Shown here: positions 11,684 through 24,553 of the stretch, piece by piece
How positions within the stretch are numbered: position 1 is the stretch's first letter
Layout of the letters: every line of letters begins with the position of its first letter
Assembly: GCF_964355755.1 (NCBI RefSeq)
Contig: NC_092680.1
Location: 15,943,045-16,007,044, forward strand
Direction: 5' to 3'
DNA from: Antedon mediterranea
Lineage: Eukaryota > Animalia > Echinodermata
Length of the DNA stretch: 64,000 nt
Notes under the pieces: model-generated
The model's database searches: none
What the model was told of the DNA's origin: nothing
What the model saw: the letters and a program-made list of their open reading frames with translations, nothing else
Translations under genes and position numbers: made by a program

Positions 11684-14453
11684 TACTTTTCTCTATTCCG
11701 ACATCACCATAATGACTATATTTAATTGTCCTTTTACGTACGGTGATTTAAAGCCGAATATAAAATTAAGTCTGCCTAAAAGATCCCAACATTGACACTG
11801 TAACAGAAACAATTTAGGTCCATTAGCATAAACATACATGCACATCAAGATGGTTGATCGTAGACAGACAAAATAAAAGGTGGCGTAGTTTAGATTCGTA
11901 TCTAGATGACTGGCAATAGTCAGTTAATGTCTACCTAGTGATAGCTGCAGAATTAGTGTGCAAAATACAAATGAAAGTATTAACAGCACATTGCCTCACA
12001 GCCTGCTTCCTATGGTAGACTTATTCGTTGGAAGATCCGCATGGCACTGACGTTATCAACAGAAGTGCTGATAACAGTATATTAAGATGGTGACAAAGGG
12101 CAACACGACTCGGCCTACCAGGCATATAATAGGTTACTATATAAAAATGGGATGAATAAATGAAGTATCCCAATCCATGTTGTATTATTTCCTGCGGCGG
12201 AATACCTGCATGGCACTAAGGTAATAAACGGAAGTATTACTGTACATTAAATGGTGACAAACAGTGTGGAATAGCCCACTATACAGGTTGCAATTGGAAA
12301 TAATGAATACGTGTTAATTATGCTTCCTACGCGTTGGAATACCCGCATGGCACAAAAGTACTAAACGGAAGCATTATGAGATTACTGGTGAAAGACGGTG
12401 GTATGGAATTAACTAAAGTATTGCAAGCACATCAATTGGTGACGTAGCATAATTCTAATTAGTTACTAAACAGGTTGCTATAAAAAAAAACCTCGTTAGA
12501 AGATGACACTAAGGTTATGAACGGAAATATTATTATGACATAATATAAAGACAGAAAAAAAAATGACAAACTAGCAAACAATGAATGACTTCTTAAAATT
12601 GTAGGAATTAAATGTATTACACATTCGTGAGGTGTAATAGTGGTAATGTTGGTTGGGTGGTTAACACACAGAATAATCAGCACATAGTTATTACACAGTA
12701 TATTGTATTGGTATTATTAACCACTTCAATGACTATATTATACCGGAACACCAGTGATACTATTAAACAATTCCTAAAATCATCGTTAATAATAAAGCAA
12801 CCAAGACCACAATGATAAGATTAGATCAAGGCAAGATAAATCATGTGCATCATGATCATACTTAACTTTAATATGATTGTAACTTTACACTAATATTAAT
12901 ATCTGGTTTGTAATACCAGGGAAGCGTTAATAACATATAATACTCTTCCTTGGTAATAATACTACCGTACCTGACATTCATGGTTATGGAGAATGTTTCA
13001 TTGATAATTGCAATCATATCCTACTGGTGGTAGTTATTGTCAAAACAAACACTGGAATGTACATAGGTGTCGGAAGATACATTATGCTATTATATCTTTA
13101 TCATCAGTTTACTATAGTATTATACTATATTATGTTAATAATATATTATATTGGTTGTAGACTAGACTAATAAAGTTCAGTAACCAGGTTTTTAGTAACT
13201 GTAATCTAGGATACAGCTCATAACTCAAGTTGTCGGAGACACCTGTTTGATATTCCATATAAGGAAATTGTTACAGCTTCTTACTAAAGATGATGATGTC
13301 ATTTGAATTTCATCTTCAAGCCAATTTAATCTTCTTTAAGTTATTTGATGAGATCATTATGATCACCCCATTTATCCTGCATAAGAATATAAATAGTGGT
13401 ACCATATTTAATCAGTCCTAATACGAATACTGATATAGCTAAGCTAAATGCTGTTAAAGTCTATTAAAGTATCTAGAAGTTTGTTTGTTTTGGAACAACT
13501 GAAGTAAAACTGTATACTGTATTAGCCTTGGGTTCAGCTACATTTGTAAGTCTTAAGGGGCGGGGGGGGGGGGGGGTCGTCATCCGGGAAGAACTTGACA
13601 TTTAACTTTAACTTGAACCATTTTCCTCATCATCCATTCACAAATGCTTGTAATATCAATATGTTTATTTTGTTTTGTTAAAATAAAACGTTCTTGATTC
13701 TTAACCATCCCTAATTCTCATACACAGTTCCAGAAATCACGCATCTCGCCCTGGACAAACAAAAACAAGTATGAGCTTTGTATTTGGTGCCGATCCATCT
13801 CATGGGAAAAAATAGCGTTAAGGCAAGTTAACCTCTCAAAAGGCTATCAAGAAAACTGACATCGGATGTGAAATATTATTCATGTAAATGTATTTCCCAT
13901 AGGAACATATGGATGCATTCACTTTAGTTATTATATAGTCTTAACTGTATTAAGTTACAGAATAATACGTAATTTGTTTAATCATACTATTTTATATTGG
14001 CCTAAACCAGATTGGGCTCAACTGGTCTCTATATTATGACGACGCATTTGTAATACATGTCACATGGTACCTGTACAGATACGAACAAAATAACATGATT
14101 AAAGGGGTGATTCAACTGTTAAAGTTATGAGAATAAAAAGCCTTGTTTACGATGACTCAACATACGAATCTGACTTAAATCTTGTTTTACCGGTCGGCCT
14201 GTCTGTGTAAAATCAGCATCATCGCTAGCTTCACGAATATGCAAAGCGTCCGTGACAACCATTATTCTATTCTAAAGGAAATAATATTATAAAACTGCGT
14301 TTGGACTTCAATATCAGATCCACCAACCTTATTTGGTTTATCTAGAAGTGACGTCATTTAATTGTTCCTACTGTTATACTTATTCGCTACCTGTGCAGTA
14401 ATTCAACAATTGGTGGTGGAACTAGCTGTATCACGTTTGACTATCTTTTTCTG

Positions 14454-16283
14454 ATGATCAAGATGATGTATAAAGCAATATTATTGACTCTATCAGTGTT
14501 TCTTCAGCTAGCAAATGGAATCGATTTTCTAATAAGGCCTTCAAATAAGCGTGTACTTGTCGGTATGTCAGTTACACTACGGTGTTCTTTTTCGAATAAA
14601 GGTAGTGGTAATACCGTTTACTGGTATAGACCAGAAACAGAAAAATATATATCTAACAATGAGAATCTCTACACACAAATGCCACGGTATCAAATAATTG
14701 GAAACACGGGTGAGTACTCTCTTCAAATTACCAATATTCAAGTGACAGACGAAGGGGAGTATAGATGCGGATTCTTTAAGAATGGTATGTTTACTTATGC
14801 ACGAGCTGTTATTGTTGTACTGGTGACTCCGGCTATGGGAAACCCAAAGTGCTCAAAGCGCCCATCGTCAATGCTACGGCCTGGGGATTCTGTTAGTCTG
14901 ATATGTCAATCATCAGGTGGTCGTCCTCCAGCCTCGTTGCGTTGGTTCCGAGGTGATCAAGGTATGATCGGTACATCTCGAATATCCCCTAACGAAATTA
15001 TGACGGTTCTGCAACCGGGTGACAATGGAAGGAAATTTGTTTGCAAACTTACTCATGAAACGATAAACGCACAAAGAACTTGTAGCATTATTCCGTTGAA
15101 GATTTTACCTGTTGTTATTGTAAATCCTGACGCTCTGACCGTGGACGTCGGACAAGATGCTTCATTCCGATGTGACGCAGAGGGAATACCACGTATCAAC
15201 AAAATAACATGGTTAGTTAACAACACATTGGTAGTTAACGGAATGCACAACCGTTTCGTACTAAGACAAAACTCAATTGTTCTCATAATTAGGAACGCAA
15301 CGCTTATGGACGATAACACGGTTGTCACGTGTCGGGCCTCAACACCAAACGGTTTGATCGGCTCGGACACTGGGATATTATTTGTAATTAAGGGCTATAT
15401 ACCAAAGACTACTTTGGCAACGACTATAATACAGACAGGCGCATTCACTACAGATTTAGAAGAGAAAGATTATGTCAACGAAGACGGAAACAACACAAAA
15501 GAAATTTTAGGAACATTTTTTGGTGTAGTTTTAGCGTTCCTAATTGTTGCAACTGTTCTATTCATAACCGTTCGCTTGTGTGAGAAACGGAAAAAAGCCA
15601 ATGAAATGAATATGTCTCAGTTGCGAGGCAACGGCTCTGTGTATTCGATGACTAATGAATATGGCCCAGCACCGACTGTCACAGATCCCGATCCCAGTAA
15701 ATACAAAACCCTCGGAATCGAGGGAAAGTTACCGTCTGTTTATCAAAACCTGATCGAGAATACAACGAACCCGGCAGTTGTGTCCCAAATATCCGGATAT
15801 ACAAACGGAGGGCCAATAGTGGATAATTTAACAAGCACTGGACTGCAGCACTATGAAGTAGTAGTGTCAAAGAATGATTCACTTGATGATGAAGATATTA
15901 ACGATTATGAAACGCTAGGTCGTGATGGTAACGGTATCGTTGGCCGTGTTCCTCCACAGAGACGATATGACACTCCGGCTTCGGTGCTGTCTCCGATTAA
16001 CAACAATACCCATAATGCAGACATTGGAGAAACCAATGCTTTTGATGGTACGTACGAGATTCCAACTGCCGTCAAATCGCAAGGTCTTCGAAAATCAGAT
16101 ACTCTTGATAGTAAAGGCTATGTTTGTCCTAAACAACTTTATATTTCGCATTCTAAAGCAGATTCAACCGATAATTTATTAGAGAGTAGTTGTGACATTG
16201 GGGTACAGGATTATGTTGATATGGAAACAAAAACTCGATCAATTATATATCAACAGTCGATAGAATGTCTCGATCAAACATAA
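14454..16283 (+). CDS. Intronless IgSF receptor B (V-C2-Ig-TM, Tyr-rich tail)
   Basis: Signal peptide. V domain LRC..VYW..YSLQI..DEGEYRC; D2 CQSSGGRPPASLRW..DNGRKFVC; D3 CDAEGIP..W..VTC. TM ILGTFFGVVLAFLIVATVLFITV. Tail has YKTL, YQNL, YETL, YDTP, YEIP, YVDM. Start could also be a nearby downstream Met. Confidence 0.92.
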   Translation: MIKMMYKAILLTLSVFLQLANGIDFLIRPSNKRVLVGMSVTLRCSFSNKGSGNTVYWYRPETEKYISNNENLYTQMPRYQIIGNTGEYSLQITNIQVTDEGEYRCGFFKNGMFTYARAVIVVLVTPAMGNPKCSKRPSSMLRPGDSVSLICQSSGGRPPASLRWFRGDQGMIGTSRISPNEIMTVLQPGDNGRKFVCKLTHETINAQRTCSIIPLKILPVVIVNPDALTVDVGQDASFRCDAEGIPRINKITWLVNNTLVVNGMHNRFVLRQNSIVLIIRNATLMDDNTVVTCRASTPNGLIGSDTGILFVIKGYIPKTTLATTIIQTGAFTTDLEEKDYVNEDGNNTKEILGTFFGVVLAFLIVATVLFITVRLCEKRKKANEMNMSQLRGNGSVYSMTNEYGPAPTVTDPDPSKYKTLGIEGKLPSVYQNLIENTTNPAVVSQISGYTNGGPIVDNLTSTGLQHYEVVVSKNDSLDDEDINDYETLGRDGNGIVGRVPPQRRYDTPASVLSPINNNTHNADIGETNAFDGTYEIPTAVKSQGLRKSDTLDSKGYVCPKQLYISHSKADSTDNLLESSCDIGVQDYVDMETKTRSIIYQQSIECLDQT

Positions 16284-16706
16284 GAAAAGTGAATTATCTC
16301 AAAAAGTTTCCGTGAAAATTACGCTCAAGGTTTACAGATATAAATACTGTTTTTAGTAGGCCTACTTAAAACTATTTTACGATTGAGTATTTATTAAGTA
16401 CGTATTAATTTCATGTTATACGTACATAACCTCTGTGTAGACAAAAAACGAGTAAAGCACTGTTTACAATATGAAACTTCATGTGGCAACAAATATGCCC
16501 ATATAATAATGATAATGTCATATCACTAGTTTAGTATATCATATTTGGCAGATCACACTTTTTGTCAAACTAGTTTGATAGTGTAGACAGAGCTTTGTTA
16601 AGTAGCCATATTGCATTAATATTGATCCCCACTTGGACGCAATGCAATGACGTATGTACAACCCAAATGTGTTGACCAATCACATGCGATGAATTATTAT
16701 CGCTAA

Positions 16707-16865
16707 AGCTTGGTTCCCACTAGAACGCAACGCAAGGACGTAAGCCGCAACGCAAGCGGATTGACCAATCCAAGCGATGGATTATGCGAACCGTTCCTTG
16801 TGATTGGTCAATTCGTTTGCATTGCAGCTTACGTCCTTGCGTTGCGTTCTAGTGGGAACCAAGCT
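16707..16865. mobile_element. Palindromic MITE (PIF/Harbinger-like), nested in an older relative (~16620-16904)
   Basis: AGCTTGGTTCCCACTAGAACGCAACGCAAGGACGTAAG and its reverse complement; TAA/TTA flanks. Confidence 0.85.
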
Positions 16866-16954
16866 TTACGTTGCGTTGCGTCCAATAGTGGGAACCAAGT
16901 ATAATTATTCGTACAAGATTACTGTAATTGTTAAATTGCCTTCATTAACTATAA

Positions 16955-17133
16955 AGCTTGGTTCCCACTAGAACGTAACGCAAGGACGTAAACGCAACGC
17001 AAGCGTTTTAACCAATGACAAGCGAAGTTATAGACAGTTAGCAATCACAAGCGAATAAGCCATCGCTTGTGATTGGTCAATTCACTTGCGTTGCGTTACG
17101 TCCTTGCGTTGCGTCGCTAGTGGGAACCACGCT
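16955..17133. mobile_element. Second copy of the same MITE family
   Basis: Same TIR with a few mismatches; TAA/TTA flanks. Confidence 0.85.
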
Positions 17134-17386
17134 TTACTAAGATAGGATGTGATACACCAAACACCTTTAACCTATATTACCAAATCTTACTATTATTGTC
17201 TATTTTTTTATATTAACTAACATATAAACAATCTTATATTCACCGGTTAGATGAGTATTTTGAATTAGGAATGCGGCGTTGTTTTTACATAACAAATGTG
17301 ATTAAATCTCCCCAATTGTATATGCACAATTTACATATTATGTTGTTCCATTGTTGCAGTTGTATGAACGTATGAATGTCTAACTA

Positions 17387-17735
17387 TTTAAAATGATTAT
17401 ACTTAAAATATTGTCATATATTACATATAACTTTTTGTAACGCGTTAATTGTTGTTTGTAACGCAATAATTGTTGTATCATGTAGGCCCTACTTATAATC
17501 ATGTATGAATGTCTCGAAGCATTGATCTCCCAATTGTACGTACTAATAGGCCTACCATATTATAACACAGCCAAAGATATGATTGTGATTTATGTAATTT
17601 GTTATTAGATGATTTATGCGTTAAACGCAACTCATTTAAAATGATTATACTTAAAAATATTGTTATAAATTATATAAACTGTTTGTAACGCGTTAATTGT
17701 TATTTGTAACGCAATAATTGTTGTTGTATCATGTA
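17387..17735. repeat. Local direct duplication (~100 bp unit)
   Basis: TTTAAAATGATTATACTTAAAA..TGTAACGCGTTAATTGTT..GTAACGCAATAATTGTTG occurs at ~17387 and ~17635. Confidence 0.85.
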
Positions 17736-18909
17736 CTTATAATTATGTATGATCGACATTATATGCTGTAAATGAATGTACAAATACAATAGTTGTTATT
17801 GTTAATGCATTTTTATTAATTAATTGTATTATTCATAACCTGATCACGTTATATTGTAAACATGTTTTGTTAATTATAAATAATTGAAATAATATTAATA
17901 GTGTTACATCAATGGCCTGCTTAGTGTCACAGTATTCCCCTGGAGGGCTCAGTTCATGACTCAATACATCGATTGTTAGTCGTGGGAATATTGAAATTCT
18001 AAAGAATCAGAAAAGGGGAGTAGAAGAGGTTTAGGCTAACAGCCTACGATAACAAGATGAACTGTAACTCAGACGATATATCAATCATTCAAAATGACCC
18101 TAAATAAACCGTACTATAACTCCACTAATTAAAAAAATCCGAACACACGGGACACTATTTTGAGAAACAAACGAGATGAATATGTCTTTTTTTAATTTTG
18201 AAAGTGTGTCCTGAAGCCGATTTTCGATGCACTAGGCAACAGAATAATTTTAGAATATGTGAACTCCAAGGAGGTATTTTCATAATGAATAGCATTTATT
18301 ATGATACCAGATAACTACAGATATTTTAAATGATTTAAAATCAAGGTAGCATTGTTATATAACTGTCCATACGTACGTCAATCCTTTCCCGCGTCCTTCC
18401 TGTCAGATAAGTTTAAAGGCTATTCTTCACATTAAAATAATATTACTAAAAGTCAAATTGTAATTTCACGAGATACTAGGACTAATACAGTACACAGACT
18501 GTGCTAAACTTCCTTCCGAGGTCACAAAAATCCGTTTGTAAGTATATTGTGATATGAATGTTGGATGTCTATTTAAGTACAGTACTGTGACCATCTATGC
18601 CTAATAGCACAATAAAAAATTCTTGTTTAACAGAGACACCACCCCCCCCCCCTCCCCGCCTCCCACAACCCATTGTGACGTACAGCTGAGGAGTTTATGG
18701 GGCCTCTGGTCTCTGCTCTCGAAACACTAAATATTTACTGAATTAAAACATTTTCTTAAATGGTCTAAGTATGTTGTTTTATACCACAGGTGATAGCAGT
18801 GGTATTAAAAACTTCTAATTCATAAATCTTATTCACCCTAGTTTTAAATAATATAGTAAGTATAGTTATTAATAATAATTATGAGTAGGCCTATAATAAA
18901 AAGGCCATA

Positions 18910-18990
18910 TACATGGCTGCAGTCACGTGCTCAAGTTAATGATTACCGACCAACCGACCGACCAACCGACATATGAGCTGTAGAGTCGTA
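18910..18990 (+). repeat. Interspersed repeat with (CCGA)n core; inverted copy at ~38465-38542
   Basis: ATGGCTGCAGTC.CGTG.TCAA..TTACCGACCAACCGACCGACC..GACATA.TGAGCTGTAGAG appears at both sites; resembles Helentron/DINE-type ends (inference). Confidence 0.65.
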
Positions 18991-21474
18991 AAACCATTAT
19001 ATTTGTAGCTCCTATTATTTTGACAAATTTTATTGTTTATTTAAACAAACTAACATGGTAATTAATTGATATATATTGGCGTTTATTTCGAAGTAGCCCT
19101 TTTATTATTTAAGTATTAATGAATTAGGCAAGTTTAGTCTCCTTCTATAACAAAATGATTAAAGCGAAAATGAAACATAATTTGAACCTGTAGTCGGTAT
19201 CACCAATAACATCTTTTGGTCATCGGCAATGCGTTTTTTTAATACTTTTTGTTATGGCCTACTACCTAAATGTCCTACCTTTGATTATTATCGTAAACAT
19301 AAGCATAAATCTATAAACTGGCAGACAGTTGTAAATTTTAAAACTGATTTCGATGTGGTGGTGTATAATGGTTCATTTTTAAACGATAACATGCAATATG
19401 GTTTTACGCTTTCAAAAATTGGATTCATCAAAAAGGTTAAGTAAGTTACCCTTTAACAGAAATACATTTCAAGGGTTCAATTTGCATAATATTGTTCTAG
19501 CCCTATTTAACTATGAACTATTATCATTTTAGGAAACCGGAGCACTCCCGAGTTCGTGCGAACCTCTAGTTGCTTTACTTCCTTCCATGTTAATTGTGCA
19601 ATGCTTGCTCACAGAAAAACAAGTACATCTGTCAGCTAATCACTAAATAGAACCAACCACTTGATAACATTAAGAGAAATCTGCACAAACAACTTTTGAG
19701 TCATTGCATCGTTTATGATTAATATAAAGTTCCATTTTCTTGATCCATATTCTAAATGTTTCGTTTACCATGTAAGAAATGTGGCCAGTTAACCTATGCT
19801 TGTGAATTCATTTCCAGGATATATGGAAGGTGATGTTGACCATGAGTTGATCGTGTATCATCTAAAACAATTGAATCTCTGTCGGCCGGGCATAAATAGA
19901 TTTAGATGAACAATAAATTGCTGTTACATCAGCTGTCCATGTCGCCAACAGGGCAGGGCTAGTAGCAGTTTGCGCCAATGCGGGATTTGGAAGAAAGTGG
20001 TTGTTGCACAGAACAATTGCTCTGGGGTTCCACTCCGTGTACTCTTAAAGCAATTTTCTATGGTCAATTATAAACCACATACTAATCTACCAAGAGACAG
20101 ATCACTTATATAAATAATGGTCTTTAACGGATTTAAGTTAATGCAAATCCACCTGCATAAGCTTACAAGTATCGTAGTCATGATTTCGGTTGAAGGTTGT
20201 TTTTTTAACATGTTTATTTACAAAAAATACCAATAATTTTTAACAAATACCATAATAGTATAGCTAAATATACAAGCTTATATTTAGCGTTTTTTTATTA
20301 GCAGGAAACTAATCGTTTGTGTCAAAATACAACTTCCGAAAGTAATAATCGAAATCACGTCCAAGTGCATTACACCGTTTAAAAACAATACGAATCTAAT
20401 TCATTTTTAAATTCTTCCAAAATGTATTATCATATGTGGCACATGCAAGAGAAATAAGTAGATTCGCATCGGTAGATTTGTAGACGGCCAAAACAATATG
20501 AGGCTGAACATTTTTTTTTTCGATAATATTTATTTACATTCCCTTGTTGTTTTTCTATTTCGAGACAAATGAATGCATGAATTTTGTGTCGTATGTGGTT
20601 TAAACATTTTTCCAATGTGTTGATTTTGAAAAAAAAATGTTTGCATAATAATAGAACGATAGTTAATGAACGAAGGTTCATTGAAACACAACACTTTTGA
20701 CAAGGCGTAAACTTAAACGCCCTGTTTATTTTGTTGTACTTTCCTGTTCCTTAATTTTATCAGCAATTTGCTCAAAACACTATTATTGTAACAACAAAAC
20801 TTTAGACTAAAGATATGTTTTCAGCATTTTAAATCTTGGATTATGTAGTTTCTCAATTTTGAAAATTCTAATTTATGTCCGATTCCGTTTGCCTGTGATA
20901 CATATTGCTTTTCGTATGAACTTTTGCAGCTAAAGTTTTCTAATTATTTCTAACAAGGACTAGGCCTTTATTATATATTACATTGTACCAACAGTGTACG
21001 TTCTATTACTTTTTGAATTATCTAAGGATATTAAATCTTAATTTTATTGTTTTCAAAACTATAACAATTACCAAAAGACAATTAAAGAAGTATCATGATT
21101 TTCATTTTATTGCATCCTGACTTTGTGTAAGACATCCTTGGAAAATGATAATAATGATGACACCACAAAAATAGCCTGCGATGGCGATAACCACAATGCC
21201 TTTCTAACGGAAATGACCATTACCAATAATAACTTTTAATCGTGAAAAATGTCGCCGATAACAATAGTGTACACTTTTTGGGAAAAGAGTAGACATAAGA
21301 CTACGGCCAGTTGAATTATTCAATTGCACTTTCCAATATAGGCCTAATAATAACAAGCAAATCTAATTTGTATGTGATCCGTCCAGAATACCAATATTAT
21401 TGGTATCACTTGTTGTTTTATAGTGTACACTACAGGTGCTGTTTAATGTCTACCTATGGAAATAGCAAATTAAT

Positions 21475-21990
21475 ACCTTCGGAGGCTTTTCCGGGAAGGG
21501 TAGAGGGGGGGGGGGGTGGGCTGGGGGTTATTCGAGAGGCGTTTATTTGGGTGTAATATGCTAACATGTATACAGTAATCAAATAAATACTGTACCCCCT
21601 TATAGATATGAAACAATACAACACCATTAAAATACAGTAAAAATATTTGGTAAATCATAGATCACGTCAATCAATGAATTATAACAATAGAAATGTGTTA
21701 TTATAATACAATATTGTGTGTATGCATGTGGCGGGGCTTTTATTCGAGTGGACGTTTATTCCAAATGATTTTCTTTAGGGGAGTGGGGGTGTTAATTAGA
21801 GGGAGACGTTTATTTAAATTATTATTATTATTATTTATTGCCAAAAACCAGTTACAAACATACAAAAACACAGAAACTAAGGGAGTAGGCAGGAACCTAA
21901 AAGTGAACCTAATCACTATAACAAGAGTTCAGGTTCCGTACTCCCAAAGTAACAACAATGATATAGGACGTTTATTCGAATAAATGTAAC
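21475..21990. repeat. Interspersed MITE-like repeat; related copy at ~32410-32750
   Basis: Both share ATAGATATGAAA, TTGGTAAAT, ATACAATATTGTGTGTAT and repeated G(G/A)CGTTTATT motifs ending in ..GTTTATTC.AATAAAT. Confidence 0.6.
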
Positions 21991-23282
21991 AACAATTATA
22001 TAAATTGAACAACACAAAATAAAAAAAAAAACATATAAAAATATTTCCAGTAAATTGTGTTCATTATGATGAAGAATTTACAAACACTTAGCAAACAAGA
22101 CTGTGTCGTCGTATAGTTCATTGACTTTTGCAATTCTAAAACTGTAATGTCTAAGTAAAATAAAACAAAAATACATTTGAAAGTTAAATTTTGAGATTAC
22201 GATACGTGAACATACTGTACCGAAGTACTGGCGTTTAAAGGAATGACTATATCGTTTCCTTACTTTAATGGGTTCACAGACACACCGACATCATTGTGGC
22301 ATGGTCGATGCTGACTAAGGCCCCACGGGAAATCCTACCTTGCAGCTGCGACTACTGCTAGGAGAACACTAACTGCATTTGGAGTGCCATTTCCTAGGTA
22401 AACTACATCACGATGTCACCAATCGAGCCACTAAACTGTGATCTAACAAATTCAAAACATTATTATTATAATGTGCTGCATAGGGCCTACTCTCCTAATG
22501 TAAAATAATGTCTGTGGAATAATAATATATTATATTCTCTCTTTTGTTTTTTTTTTATATGAAATAAAATATTGAACTGATTTTTATAAGACACAGGACA
22601 TTCGTTGTGTACTGGTTTATTTTATTTAGTGTATCCTTGCTATCTGGTTAGATAACACACCTGTGTAGATTCCTATTATTTGATTATTGGGAGATTGTGG
22701 GGCAAATGATATTAATTGATTACTAATGCAGCTAGTAATCAGCGCAAAGTTATTTCTTGATCTAACCGTCATTTTATTGTCACAAAATAGTTATTTTACC
22801 TGTCAGACAATGGTTTTGGGGTTTCTTTTCTATTTTATATGCTGGTCAAGCACATCACAAGATGACAGTTTTATACTTTTGCTTTTCCGCTACTCCCCTG
22901 TTATACTTATATGTTTGTTTTTTTACTATGTAGAAAGATTGAAAATAAATAAAAATAAATAAATATGTGAATAAATATTATTTTGTTGTTACAGAAGTGA
23001 ATACTCAATTTCACTTTAGTTAATTTTATTGCTGTCTGGGGGTCACTTTATCACCCTAGATATTTCAAATGTGAATTATCCTATTACAAACACAAACTTT
23101 AATGGACTGTTTCGATAATAATTCAATGAATAACTGACAGTGAATTACAGTCAAAAGTCAGTATTATAGTCAAATAGGACTCATAAATACCAGAAATGCT
23201 TTGGGATTTGTAATTTTAGCATGACATGTCCTAATAGACTCTTTTCCCAGACGTTTTTTGGGTCTAGAAGCTGGAAATCTAT

Positions 23283-23740
23283 AAATTATAGTGGAGTTTC
23301 CATTTTCGCAAAACTGTCGTCCTTAGAACTATAACTGCTGCTTACTTTAGCTTCTGATTGAGTAGTCCTAATGGGACGTAGCGGGCTAGAGCAGCAGCGT
23401 GAAAAATGCAAGGCAAGTGGCAATTTGGGATGATATAATAATATCTTGCGTTTTTCTTATACCGATATTTAATTTTTATATGCAAAAATAAAAATAAAAA
23501 TTTGAATAACAATGAAGTTAAAGTTATATGGTAGGCCTACTGTATTTGTGTTATGTTATATTTTTATATGTACAATAATGATTAAGAAATGATGAATGGA
23601 TTTATTACATGGTTAAAAATTATAGTGGAGTTTCCATTTTCGCAAACCTGTCGTCCTTAGAACTATAACTGCTGCTTGCTTTAGCTTCTGATTGAGTAGT
23701 CCTAATGGGAGGTAGCGGGCTAGAGCAGCAGCGTGAAAAA
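23283..23740. repeat. 124-bp direct duplication (23283-23406 and 23617-23740)
   Basis: AAATTATAGTGGAGTTTCC...GCAGCAGCGTGAAAAA occurs twice with about 3 differences. Confidence 0.92.
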
Positions 23741-24004
23741 AAAAACAGAAGCTGAAGGAATCAAAGTACATTTAAACTCCGGCGTTTTTAGGTCAAAGGT
23801 CATCATCACACGATCATGATTTCTTCACTTTTATTTTAAATAAATTTAAATATTTGTGCAAAATATATAGCAGTTTTAAAAAATAAGAGTATGGAAAAAA
23901 TGATTATATGACTTCTGAGTAGTAAATGCTTATTAGACTATACAAAAATTAGTAATTTATAAAAAGATTCTAATGATCGTCGTCGCATGTAAACAAACAT
24001 AATA

Positions 24005-24553
24005 GAGGGCGGTATTTACGATTTTACTTTAGACTCCCGGTTGCTAGGTCGTTATGAATGTTCACCGACCATGGAGTATCTCCAGGGTTCCTCCGGAGTT
24101 TTCCTGCTGAGTTTGATGTGAAACGGGTAGTATTGAACGTAATAAAACCTGATACCTAACATATTGTTGTTTCTCCTTTTTATTCTTTATAGTTATGAAA
24201 TATCACACGTCTATCTGATGCTAATTGTAATTTTTCTAGGAGATATTTTCATATATCAATTTAACACGAATTTTTTTTAATTTTGATATGCATAGGAGAC
24301 AAGATACCATATTTTTAACAGGTGAATTCAAACATTAATATAATTATTAATATTGATTGTGATGTTTATGTGCATTATTAGTAAAGTCGGTGCTTCTAAG
24401 GTAACACAACTGAACCCCGTTCATATTGTCGGTGAACTGGAAATACAATTAGTGAACTCGGAGTAGAACCATTTATCGGTATTGACAGTGAATTAACTCA
24501 CTGGTCTTGGAAATGAACTTGATGCCAGTATTCCGCCTGGGAATACCGCCCTC
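24005..24553. mobile_element. Possible small TIR element (Sola2-like GAG...CTC ends)
   Basis: GAGGGCGGTATT / AATACCGCCCTC 12-bp inverted ends; 4-bp flanks AATA / AAGA are imperfect. Confidence 0.4.

Noticed and set aside
11544-11795. 83-aa YI-repeat ORF
   Set aside because: Translation of a (TA)n microsatellite.
16707-17133. Repeats as a CRISPR array or miRNA cluster
   Set aside because: The context is eukaryotic and there is no repeat-spacer periodicity; TIR/TSD structure indicates MITEs.
19500-20200. Coding-like composition, possibly a decayed gene or transposase
   Set aside because: No long open frame and no motif I can recognise; BLASTx would be needed.
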